A stretch of DNA of 64,000 nt from a virus: the IMG/VR virus record IMGVR_UViG_3300003314_000001, positions 1 to 64,000 of that record; one strand, given 5' to 3'. The position numbers and the translations under genes were made by a program. Of the stretch, positions 1 through 7,948 are shown in pieces. The notes below the pieces were generated by a model. It saw only the letters and a program-made list of their open reading frames with translations, searched no databases and had not been told where the DNA came from. The stretch's first letter is position 1; each line of letters begins with the position of its first letter.

Positions 1-32
1 GGTAAAGACCTTGCTTGGAGGTATTCACAGAT

Positions 33-1031
33 ATGAGTCTTGTAGGATATTGGCCACTATCGGAGGATAGTGGTTCGACGGCATACGACCGTAGTGGCAA
101 CGGTAATGATGGGACTGTAAATGGTGCGACACTGAATCAGACTGGTATTCTTGGCACATCCAGTTATTCATTCGATGGGACTGATGATAATGTAATTATC
201 CCACATTCCACACATATTGATTTAACTTCTAAATTTACCATTTCTGTATGGTTTAAAATAAATGATTTATCTAAGAATATGACGGTATATTCAAAAAAAG
301 AATCTGATAGCAATGACTATAAATCTAATTATAAATTAACATATAATGAAAGTGATGATGTATTAAGATTCCTTATTGGGAATTCTACTGGTGATGGATG
401 GACAACAATTGATTATTCATCTCTTTCCAAAGGAACTTGGTACCATACTGTTGGATTATGGGATGGTAGTGACATAGCATTCTATATCAATAGTAAATTA
501 TTAAATAAAGAATCTTTTACTGGAATACCATATTCAACTACTGATAATTTATATATAGGTGACGATATTGAGTATAATTCTAATTTCAATGGGAATATAG
601 CTGATGTTCGCGTCTACGACCGTGCCCTTACTGAACATGAAATTACATCGCTTTATGCGGCGTCACAACGCGGTAGATACGTATCCAGCACGAAGACAAC
701 CCAATCGTTGTATGATGTAGTGAAAACGAACGTGAGTCTTAATGGACAGACTCTCACCGTTCATGTGAAGGAAGACGTTGATGGAGATGGAAAAGCTGAA
801 AATATAGACTCATTCAATCTGGAAGACGGAGAGAACAAATATTCAGTTAACAACCTTAGTGGAAATGTCGGAAACAGCGTATGGTTCGTCTTGGAAAGTA
901 AGAATTCGTCAGTAGTTTCCACAGCTACATTTGATTCTATTAAGCTTACCCAAGAATATGGTGATACGATATATTCTACTCCGGCTGGCGTTTGGAAAAC
1001 TAACAGTGACAATGTAGTGATTACAATATGA
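33..1031 (+). CDS. Tail-fibre/receptor-binding protein with LamG (concanavalin A-like lectin) domain
   Basis: ORF-track 15..1031 starts at TTG; the first ATG is at 33. Motifs DRSGNGNDGT, SYSFDGTDD, ISVWFK, WYHTVG and NIADVRVYDRALT..EI..LY form the Laminin_G_3 signature. Lies in the tail-fibre cluster. Confidence 0.75.
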   Translation: MSLVGYWPLSEDSGSTAYDRSGNGNDGTVNGATLNQTGILGTSSYSFDGTDDNVIIPHSTHIDLTSKFTISVWFKINDLSKNMTVYSKKESDSNDYKSNYKLTYNESDDVLRFLIGNSTGDGWTTIDYSSLSKGTWYHTVGLWDGSDIAFYINSKLLNKESFTGIPYSTTDNLYIGDDIEYNSNFNGNIADVRVYDRALTEHEITSLYAASQRGRYVSSTKTTQSLYDVVKTNVSLNGQTLTVHVKEDVDGDGKAENIDSFNLEDGENKYSVNNLSGNVGNSVWFVLESKNSSVVSTATFDSIKLTQEYGDTIYSTPAGVWKTNSDNVVITI

Positions 1032-1432
1032 TAGGTCTTGGTACTGGTTCCGTTTTCAAATGTGGTAACGGAGGAAATATAAAAACTATTGATAACAGCG
1101 ACCTTTCCGTTTTCGGAATAGAAAACGGGTGGGTTTACTGGAACGACCTATATCTGAATTCGTATAACGATATGACGTTGGACGTTTCAGATAGTTATAA
1201 TATAAATGGAACTGTGGAACACATTACAGGAGACCCCGTTTTCAACTTTGGGCTGACGGCTTCCCGACCTAATGGGAAGACTGATGTAAGAATTAGTGGA
1301 CTAAAACCTAACGCTCCATATCGATTGCTGTTCGACGGAGTGTTAGCGAAATGTAGTACTGGACGAGCGCACACAAAAACAAACGATAGCGGTATACTAA
1401 GATTGAACGAGGTTGTAATACCAAATGGCTAA
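1028..1432 (+). CDS. Hypothetical protein, tail-fibre module
   Basis: 134-aa ORF. ATGA overlap with the LamG gene stop. No recognisable motif. Confidence 0.5.
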   Translation: MIGLGTGSVFKCGNGGNIKTIDNSDLSVFGIENGWVYWNDLYLNSYNDMTLDVSDSYNINGTVEHITGDPVFNFGLTASRPNGKTDVRISGLKPNAPYRLLFDGVLAKCSTGRAHTKTNDSGILRLNEVVIPNG

Positions 1433-2081
1433 CGGAGAAGTGAGAGTTTCTGACGGTGAAAAGGCGGAAAGTCTGGAAGACCTTACAGATGAATTTCCGG
1501 AATTTCTTCCACGTTCGGACGTAGACCCTAACCTGAAATTACTGAATTCAATTGCTCATGAGTTTGATAGTCTTTCCGGTGATATTCTTGATGTAGATAA
1601 TGCTTCAACAATTCAGTATGCAGATTCAATTGCACAACTTGAAAATCTGGCAAAATTAATGGATTTATCTTCAAAGGAAGGAGAATCAAAAGAAAAATAT
1701 AGAAATCGGACTATTGCGGAATTCCAGAAACTTACGAGTGAGGGGACGGCGAAAGACGTTCTTAACAATTCGTCTACTATTCTTGGAATTGAGAATGATA
1801 AGATAGGATATAATAAATTGAATGAGAACGGAGCAATTCAGTTGAAGTGTCCCGGAAAGGCACTTGATAACTTAGCGATGACAGACAGCGAATTCCAAGA
1901 AATTATTACAAAGCACGCGGCGGCTGGATACCGCCTTGACGTTACTCGTAGAGGTACTTTCACTTACGTTAGTGCTTCGGACTACAATGACGGAAACATG
2001 GAATCACAGTACGGTTATAACGGACTTGACAGTAACGGAAATCCGAAAAACAATGGCGGAACTTACGCAGGACTGATTTAG
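1425..2081 (+). CDS. Hypothetical protein, tail-fibre module
   Basis: 218-aa ORF overlapping the upstream stop by 8 nt. Acidic, no recognisable motif. Confidence 0.55.
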   Translation: MANGEVRVSDGEKAESLEDLTDEFPEFLPRSDVDPNLKLLNSIAHEFDSLSGDILDVDNASTIQYADSIAQLENLAKLMDLSSKEGESKEKYRNRTIAEFQKLTSEGTAKDVLNNSSTILGIENDKIGYNKLNENGAIQLKCPGKALDNLAMTDSEFQEIITKHAAAGYRLDVTRRGTFTYVSASDYNDGNMESQYGYNGLDSNGNPKNNGGTYAGLI

Positions 2082-2082
2082 A

Positions 2083-2958
2083 ATGTCGAACTACAGTACG
2101 AACTTGAAAGATTGGGGCGCGGAAGGAACAGAATATCCGAATGGTTACAGTTACCTTGAAGGAGACCAGCCCGTTGACGCTTGGGATAACTACTTCAACT
2201 ATAACGTAATTAACGACATACAACACCTTATCGGACTTACGAACGATAGACTGGAATCCGATACCGGGTCCAGCCACCCATCCAGTCCGGAAGTGGGCCA
2301 CATCTCCCACCGGACTGATACACCCATTAAAGGTAAGGAAACCCTATACCATTACGATTCCACTAACTCTGAATGGCATAGGTTGATGAAGGCTGACGGA
2401 GACAAAATGACCGGAAACATCGACATGGGCGGTTATTCCATTAACGATACTTCCGGAACCCTTACTCTAAATTCAGATGTTCATGGAACTGGTTCTGTAA
2501 CAGTTGATGGAAAATCCACGTTCAATGATTCTATTTCAATTCCGGACAGTAGTATTGACGCTAACTCCGTTAAGGCTGACGGTTCCAGTCTTACGAAGAA
2601 ATATTTCCAAAGTTCAGAAAACGGTGAAGCTGTAACTGGAAGTCTTTCCATTGTTGGAATTGTTGGACTTGATAATAATGAAACGATGGAAGTTACTCAA
2701 GCGGCAATGATTAAACATGACTTGTCGCCGGTTTCTTCCGGTATCGACTTGGTTCTCTCTACTGGAACAAATAAGAGAGATACCTTGCTTTCCGGAGACG
2801 GTAGCACCATTTTCGGAGACGAAAATCCCGGTGTGACTTACACGAACACATCGGGTTCTTCGGAAGTGATTTTGGTTGCAGTTGATAACGGACACCACAA
2901 TACTGGTGCTGGAACGAACGAAAAAGTACATTCGAGCTTTATTGCGAAGGTGAATTAA
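2083..2958 (+). CDS. Tail-fibre protein
   Basis: 291 aa. N-terminus MSNYSTNLKDWGAEGTEYPNGYSYLEGDQPVDAWDNYFNYN resembles the conserved N-terminal part of haloarchaeal myovirus fibre proteins (recalled, not searched). Gly/Ser/Thr-rich C-terminal part. Confidence 0.55.
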   Translation: MSNYSTNLKDWGAEGTEYPNGYSYLEGDQPVDAWDNYFNYNVINDIQHLIGLTNDRLESDTGSSHPSSPEVGHISHRTDTPIKGKETLYHYDSTNSEWHRLMKADGDKMTGNIDMGGYSINDTSGTLTLNSDVHGTGSVTVDGKSTFNDSISIPDSSIDANSVKADGSSLTKKYFQSSENGEAVTGSLSIVGIVGLDNNETMEVTQAAMIKHDLSPVSSGIDLVLSTGTNKRDTLLSGDGSTIFGDENPGVTYTNTSGSSEVILVAVDNGHHNTGAGTNEKVHSSFIAKVN

Positions 2959-2959
2959 A

Positions 2960-3442
2960 ATGATTCGTGGACTTGATAGAGTTAATGATTACGTAGCAAC
3001 GATTGTTTCGACGGCAGATAATTATTCTGAACAGATAACATTGAGTGACGACGATACAATAAATGTTGATACAGATGCTTCTGCTTCAGTCTCCAATTAT
3101 CAGCCTGTAATCGAACACGAAAGCGAAAAGAAGCAGAAAGACACCAACGACTTGTTGTGGTATGATTGTAAAAACAATATTGATGCAAATTACACATTCA
3201 ATATTGAAACACGTTATAAGACTGAATACGGTATAACAGTTTATGATACCAGTGGAAATACAACAAATTATGATGGTGAAGACCTTCCTGTTACTGGAAA
3301 CCTAAATAATCTTGATAAGATAGAGGTTTATACTGGTTACAATGACGGTGATACAATCAAATGGCATTACTGGAATATGAAGATTGACGTTAATCAGACC
3401 AAGAGCGCAACAGTGAACACACAAAATATTAGCAGACAATGA
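2960..3442 (+). CDS. Hypothetical protein (possible fibre tip/assembly factor)
   Basis: 160-aa ORF starting 2 nt after the fibre gene. Asn/Thr/Tyr-rich with AT-rich codons. Function inferred from position only. Confidence 0.5.
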   Translation: MIRGLDRVNDYVATIVSTADNYSEQITLSDDDTINVDTDASASVSNYQPVIEHESEKKQKDTNDLLWYDCKNNIDANYTFNIETRYKTEYGITVYDTSGNTTNYDGEDLPVTGNLNNLDKIEVYTGYNDGDTIKWHYWNMKIDVNQTKSATVNTQNISRQ

Positions 3443-3669
3443 AAAAGAGGGAGCGCCTTGACAAACTGATTTCAGCGGACGTTCTCGGTGGCGCATGGAT
3501 TAGTGTTTCCGCTGGAAAAGTGGTGGAAAAGCTTCTCAATCTCTATTATCCGGATACTCTAGGACTATTGATAGGTTGGACTTTAGCGTTCCATTTATCT
3601 ATAGTTCTTGTTCTGTACTGGAAAGAGATTGAAGCAGTAGTTGACGAATACTTGTGGAGTAAATTATGA
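3439..3669 (+). CDS. Small membrane protein (holin-like topology)
   Basis: 76 aa. ATGA overlap with the upstream stop. Hydrophobic span LGLLIGWTLAFHLSIVLVLYW followed by a charged C-tail. Confidence 0.5.
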   Translation: MKKRERLDKLISADVLGGAWISVSAGKVVEKLLNLYYPDTLGLLIGWTLAFHLSIVLVLYWKEIEAVVDEYLWSKL

Positions 3670-4166
3670 TTCCGAAATTCCTACTTGGAGCAGACGACGA
3701 CTATTGGGAGAGTTTCCGAAGAACAGTATATCCGAGAATCCATCCGATTCTTCAAATGCTTCCGTTTCCGGCCTACTCGAAAGGACCCGTACACGAAAAC
3801 CAGTACGTTTGTACGGCGGAAGTCAACCAGAACAATCTGGAAGCCGAGTTGCGCGAAGCCGGGTTCTTTCGGAATCCGATAGCGGCGTACAAGAATCATC
3901 CGGACGGTCGGAAGAGCGTGGGGTCGTGGCGTCTCCTTCCCGCTTGCGACAAGACTGGAATGGTGGAAGACGATATGCAGTTACACGTCACGTTGTTTGA
4001 GTCGGAATACGAAGACCACGTTGACATTTACGCGCACTACGAGAAGAATTGGGAGAAGGACGCCACCGGACACCTGAAGGAATCCGGCTTCAGTGCCGCA
4101 GAAGGCGTCAGAATCGCGTCGGCAGTTATTGAAAGCTACACGTTCTTCCGAACGTACCAGAAGTAA
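3666..4166 (+). CDS. Hypothetical protein
   Basis: 166-aa ORF with ATGA overlap to the upstream gene. No recognisable motif. Confidence 0.55.
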   Translation: MIPKFLLGADDDYWESFRRTVYPRIHPILQMLPFPAYSKGPVHENQYVCTAEVNQNNLEAELREAGFFRNPIAAYKNHPDGRKSVGSWRLLPACDKTGMVEDDMQLHVTLFESEYEDHVDIYAHYEKNWEKDATGHLKESGFSAAEGVRIASAVIESYTFFRTYQK

Positions 4167-4170
4167 TACT

Positions 4171-4344
4171 ATGATTGAACAGATTGCACCTATTGACATG
4201 GCTTACATGCTCGGCTTCTTCATGGCGCTCGCTCTTCGCCGTGGACGAATTGACTCAATGATTGGCGGAATGATGAAGTGGTTCCCGAACGAAAAGAATC
4301 CCGGAATCGGTCCGAGAGAGGACTCGAACGGAGGTGAGAAGTAA
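4171..4344 (+). CDS. Small membrane protein
   Basis: ATG at 4171 inside ORF-track 4093..4344, 57 aa. Hydrophobic span IDMAYMLGFFMALAL, then RRGR and a charged tail. Confidence 0.4.
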   Translation: MIEQIAPIDMAYMLGFFMALALRRGRIDSMIGGMMKWFPNEKNPGIGPREDSNGGEK

Positions 4345-4442
4345 TGGGTTACTTCGAGGAATGTCCCGACTGTGGGTCCGCTGTAGCATTCATCGAGGGT
4401 TGTGAGAAGTGCGTGGCGCGCTGTGGTTGGTCGGCTTGTTAG
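4344..4442 (+). CDS. 32-aa zinc-ribbon mini-protein
   Basis: Below the ORF-track cutoff. TAATG overlap with the upstream stop. MGYFEECPDCGS..GCEKCVARCGWSAC carries CxxC..CxxC. Confidence 0.35.
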   Translation: MGYFEECPDCGSAVAFIEGCEKCVARCGWSAC

Positions 4443-4612
4443 GGCGGCTTCCCGATTGTATGAGTGGTCTCTGCGTTAACTACGTCACTCCGTAGGTCGC
4501 GGGCCGCTTCTACTTCTGACCCATTGAAATTCTCCGGATTTCGGAGGATGTGGGTCGCATACCTACAAACAAGCTCTGCTTTCAAAGGCGACAAATCAAC
4601 TGTCCGCTTCAT
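4439..4612 (-). CDS. Hypothetical small protein (57 aa)
   Basis: Hand-translated ORF MKRTVDLSPLKAELVCRY..., the last ORF of the minus block. 4-nt convergent overlap with 4344..4442. No motif. Confidence 0.25.
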   Translation of the reverse strand: MKRTVDLSPLKAELVCRYATHILRNPENFNGSEVEAARDLRSDVVNAETTHTIGKPP

Positions 4613-4706
4613 ATTCTTTCTAACAACACCAAAGTATAAAAACGTTACTCTGATGTGTCCCGGAAAAGGTTCAACTCCTGTCCGGGACTACTCACTCAAT
4701 ACGTAT

Positions 4707-4734
4707 CCGTTACAGGGTGAAATGACTGTAACGG
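4707..4734. terminator. Perfect 9-bp hairpin in the convergent late/early junction
   Basis: CCGTTACAG-GGTGAAATGA-CTGTAACGG, between the end of the plus late operon and the end of the minus block. Confidence 0.35.
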
Positions 4735-4789
4735 CGCTCTCCCATTAAAAACAGCTATTTTCGGAGGGAGAACGATTCTACGTCCTACT

Positions 4790-4885
4790 TTATCCTAAAT
4801 GAATATAATAAAAGAACATAATCGAAACGATAGCCATTAGAAACCCAAAGAGAAAAATATAGAATCCATCGTGGAAGCAAGGCAT
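4790..4885 (-). CDS. 31-aa single-TM mini-protein
   Basis: MPCFHDGFYIFLFGFLMAIVSIMFFYYIHLG. Its ATG lies 1 nt after the stop of 4887..5234. Confidence 0.3.
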   Translation of the reverse strand: MPCFHDGFYIFLFGFLMAIVSIMFFYYIHLG

Positions 4886-4886
4886 C

Positions 4887-5234
4887 TCAATTTTCGTCAT
4901 ATTCTTTCCAGTAGAGCGCGTTCACTTTCCGGACGAGAACGTCAACGTGACAGTCCATGTGACTTGGACAACTACAAGCAATCCGTTTCCCGTACAGACT
5001 TTTCAAGGCTTCCCGGAACCAACTCTTTTCCTCTATGAGCCACGTAAGGTCTCGCTCATACAGTTCAATTGCTTGGTCCCGGTCGTAGTCGTTCAACTTG
5101 TATGGATTGCCAAGCCAGCCTTCCTGACCTATCTCGTGGTTGTTAGCGGCTGTTGCTATGTTCCGCTCTCCGTTGTTTCCTCTGCCACCGTACAAGTCGT
5201 AGTCGTCGGTCGTATGGACTCTTTTTGTTGTCAT
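4887..5234 (-). CDS. DUF4326-like protein
   Basis: 115 aa. GNPYKL ... ACSCPSHMDCHVDVL fits the DUF4326 pattern (GNPF ... CxC ... CHxDVL) common in phages (recalled). Confidence 0.7.
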   Translation of the reverse strand: MTTKRVHTTDDYDLYGGRGNNGERNIATAANNHEIGQEGWLGNPYKLNDYDRDQAIELYERDLTWLIEEKSWFREALKSLYGKRIACSCPSHMDCHVDVLVRKVNALYWKEYDEN

Positions 5235-5485
5235 TGACTGAATGGTCTGGAATCCTGTATAGGGAATCCAAATGTTGTGATTTCGTATTCGCCGTCTTCA
5301 CGCTTCCCGACTTCCTCTAGTTGTTTGTAAGCCGACTCCCCACAACATAAAGCTATCGGATTTCCGTCAACGTAGAGAAGGTAATAATAGACTTCTTCAG
5401 ATAGCTCGTAAGTCTCCGTATCCCTCTCTCTACCGCTAAGATTGTCTTGGATTACCATAGTTATTTTATCTTTTCGTCTAACCAA
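5231..5485 (-). CDS. Hypothetical protein
   Basis: 84-aa ORF with ATGA overlap to the downstream gene. No motif. Confidence 0.55.
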   Translation of the reverse strand: MVRRKDKITMVIQDNLSGRERDTETYELSEEVYYYLLYVDGNPIALCCGESAYKQLEEVGKREDGEYEITTFGFPIQDSRPFSQ

Positions 5486-5586
5486 TACCTCTGTAAACCT
5501 CCGGCAAGACTCATGTACAGTATTATAAGGAAAGCTAACCCAGTAATATTTTCTGTCATATTCTTGTAGTGTTCAGCGAACCACAT
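5461..5586 (-). CDS. 41-aa single-TM mini-protein
   Basis: MWFAEHYKNMTENITGLAFLIILYMSLAGGLQRYWLDEKIK. Overlaps the start of 5231..5485 by 25 nt. Below the ORF-track cutoff. Confidence 0.3.
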   Translation of the reverse strand: MWFAEHYKNMTENITGLAFLIILYMSLAGGLQRYWLDEKIK

Positions 5587-5686
5587 GCTTGACACCGGAC
5601 TACACCCTCATTCCATGAATGTTGACAGTTGTTACAGACTCTCATTGGTTTTCATTCAGGAACGGATACAATGGAGTTTCACTCAT

Positions 5687-6511
5687 TTATGGCGCTCGTA
5701 GACTGTTGTTGTTCACGAAGCGGTCATACATTTCCGCCGTAATCGGAGCGTATTCCTCCATTAAGTCTGCCACCATTGACGCGAAATCCTGTGCTTCCCA
5801 TTGCGCCTTCTGGTTATCCCGAATGTCGAACAAATGCATGAGGCTACGCATGTTTCCGGAGAACGTCATGTTTACCGGAGTGGCTTGTGGCAGGAAGAAC
5901 CGGGCGTCCTCTTTCGGAATTCCAGCCTCAATTGCCTCACTATACCTTGCTACCGACATTTCCCAATGAGTTTCCAAAGTATCAGCCCATGTTTCATAGA
6001 TAGTAAGGTCAGATTCTGGTTCTTCCATTGAAGGTGGAACTACCGGGTCTTTTCCACCGAAATTTGCGTAACGTTGGCTTTGAACGTCCCAACTCTTGTG
6101 TCGGTGTCGCGTTACTTGAGCCATTGCGACTCGGCTAATGTCTTCTACGGCGAAGTAGAAGTTCACATGCTCGAACGGACCGAAGTGGCCGCGTCGAAGC
6201 AAGTCTGCTATCATCGCCCGCAACTTCGCCTGATAGATGAATCGGTCCGGGAATTTCTTCACACCATAGTTATTCCACCGCCGTTCCACATGGTCTTCAT
6301 CATACTCCCATTCTTCGCCAACTTCCTTGAGAAACACGAGGTCGGACGCTTCCAGATTGTACCCGTTTATTGCTTCTTCCGGACTGACCCCAATCAGCGA
6401 CTCTTCCATGTAGTCGCCACGGGCCGCATACGCTGGAATTTCGTCAGGGGTAAGGTTGTCGCTCGATTCCATCGCCAATCCGTTCGTGACCGCTTTTACT
6501 TCTATATTCAT
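5687..6511 (-). CDS. thyX: Flavin-dependent thymidylate synthase ThyX
   Basis: 274 aa with ThyX signature RHRHKSWDVQSQRY (RHRxxSxxxxSxR). Confidence 0.92.
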   Translation of the reverse strand: MNIEVKAVTNGLAMESSDNLTPDEIPAYAARGDYMEESLIGVSPEEAINGYNLEASDLVFLKEVGEEWEYDEDHVERRWNNYGVKKFPDRFIYQAKLRAMIADLLRRGHFGPFEHVNFYFAVEDISRVAMAQVTRHRHKSWDVQSQRYANFGGKDPVVPPSMEEPESDLTIYETWADTLETHWEMSVARYSEAIEAGIPKEDARFFLPQATPVNMTFSGNMRSLMHLFDIRDNQKAQWEAQDFASMVADLMEEYAPITAEMYDRFVNNNSLRAP

Positions 6512-6849
6512 CGGTTAAATACCGTGTATTCGTAAGTTTCAGCAACGAAATTTAGTTTGTTGTCTTCGGTTCCTGTCACTATGAAACTTTCAAGTTGAAG
6601 CTGTTCTATATCTGTTTCCGAAATTACCTTCAACTGTAATGGTTTTCCATGTTTGTTAAAGAAGTCCTTTCTCGAAACCTGAATATGTCTGAATTCTATT
6701 TCTCCTTCTATTTCTGTTCGTGTTAATACTGTTCTTCTATCACTAATGAATTTTATTACACAATCTACGTCGCAATCACTGTATACGAAACCATTACTTG
6801 CGACTACTCTAGCATTTTCCAATTCTATTTTTTGTTTTGATTCCATCAT
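6508..6849 (-). CDS. Hypothetical protein
   Basis: 113-aa ORF with ATGA overlap to the thyX start. AT-rich, no motif. Confidence 0.55.
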   Translation of the reverse strand: MMESKQKIELENARVVASNGFVYSDCDVDCVIKFISDRRTVLTRTEIEGEIEFRHIQVSRKDFFNKHGKPLQLKVISETDIEQLQLESFIVTGTEDNKLNFVAETYEYTVFNR

Positions 6850-6939
6850 TCTTGTAGATTTTCGTCGTGTCTTTCGCCCTCTGCCATCTTCCAGATTGTT
6901 GGAAGTAGGTCTTTTACAGCTTCGTCTCCGTCCTCTCCT

Positions 6940-7152
6940 TCAGGAACTATTATTTCCTTGGACATCCTTCTTCCGTCTCGCTAGCTTTCTTACCCGGAAT
7001 GCTATTTCTCTCGGCATACTGTAATCCCACAGTATTCCTTTATACTTTGAAGTATTTCTCCGGAATGCCCTTGCCTTGTTGTCTTTTTCTTGGGCGAATT
7101 CTACCAACTCTTCAACCGACATGTGTGGTTTTAAGTTCTCAATTTCACTCAT
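6940..7152 (-). CDS. Hypothetical basic protein
   Basis: 70-aa ORF with ATGA overlap to the upstream gene. Lys/Arg-rich. Confidence 0.5.
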   Translation of the reverse strand: MSEIENLKPHMSVEELVEFAQEKDNKARAFRRNTSKYKGILWDYSMPREIAFRVRKLARRKKDVQGNNSS

Positions 7153-7397
7153 AAGAAATCACCGAATCCGGTCTGTCCGGAGAGTCCGTCTCCCTCCTTA
7201 CCGTCTTGGTCTGTATTCTTAAAGCTTTCCTTCCACGGTCCCGATATTGGACGTTCATCAACACCGCCTTGAGCAGTTCGTTCCATGATTCTATCCTTCC
7301 TACACTTAAAGCACTGTAATCCTATTTCTTTATTGTTTGAAAAATCGTACACTCTCCGAACGTTATCAGTACTACCACAATCTTGACACTTAATCAT
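7149..7397 (-). CDS. Zinc-ribbon protein
   Basis: 82 aa. MIKCQDCGS ... LQCFKCRK carries CxxC..CxxC. Confidence 0.55.
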   Translation of the reverse strand: MIKCQDCGSTDNVRRVYDFSNNKEIGLQCFKCRKDRIMERTAQGGVDERPISGPWKESFKNTDQDGKEGDGLSGQTGFGDFL

Positions 7398-7420
7398 TGC
7401 TAAAATTTTTTAGGTGTTTG

Positions 7421-7675
7421 CTAGCAGTCGGGAAGTGGGTCGCCACCGTCGAACAAGTCAGTCATTTCTGGAATTTCTCGCTTCACTTTGTAATGCATGT
7501 CTTTTCGTTTAAGTTCCTTGGATATTGTTTTTCTTACATACCACAGGTTTCTGATACATTCGTGACAGTAGTAGAATGCATCAATTATGATGTTCGTTCT
7601 GCTCCTTTTTATTTTCTGGAAGTACGTAGTGTTCCTATGCTTCTTTTCCTCTCTACAGTTCTTACAGCGAGCCAT
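7421..7675 (-). CDS. Zinc-finger protein
   Basis: Internal ATG (MARCKNCREEKK...YYCHECIRN) of ORF-track 7421..7765. The upstream extension overlaps 7662..7886. The C-terminal codons carry the CAGTCGGGAAG motif. Confidence 0.5.
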   Translation of the reverse strand: MARCKNCREEKKHRNTTYFQKIKRSRTNIIIDAFYYCHECIRNLWYVRKTISKELKRKDMHYKVKREIPEMTDLFDGGDPLPDC

Positions 7676-7886
7676 ATGGATTGAATTCCTTTCCGTTCTT
7701 CGTGAGCCAGATTCGATTCGGTTCAGCGAAATCAACAAGACCGGAATTCTTCCATTTCCGGGCAAACTCGCGTGTCGTCATTGGGTGCAAGCCAATCTGA
7801 TTCCCGAGAGGAACAACACGTATCACGTCGCGCTTTTCTGCCCGTTCCTGTACTAGCTTGAACAGGTGGGCTTCCTCGTACTCCAT
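7662..7886 (-). CDS. Putative winged-helix DNA-binding protein
   Basis: 74 aa. The helix-turn-helix-like stretch MTTREFARKWKNSGLVDF and the small size suggest wHTH. Weak by-eye call. Confidence 0.45.
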   Translation of the reverse strand: MEYEEAHLFKLVQERAEKRDVIRVVPLGNQIGLHPMTTREFARKWKNSGLVDFAEPNRIWLTKNGKEFNPYGSL

Positions 7887-7948
7887 ACGTATCCCGAGAG
7901 AAGGTGCTACTATAGGTTTTATGGTTTCAGTCCGGAAGCCGCCGCGGG

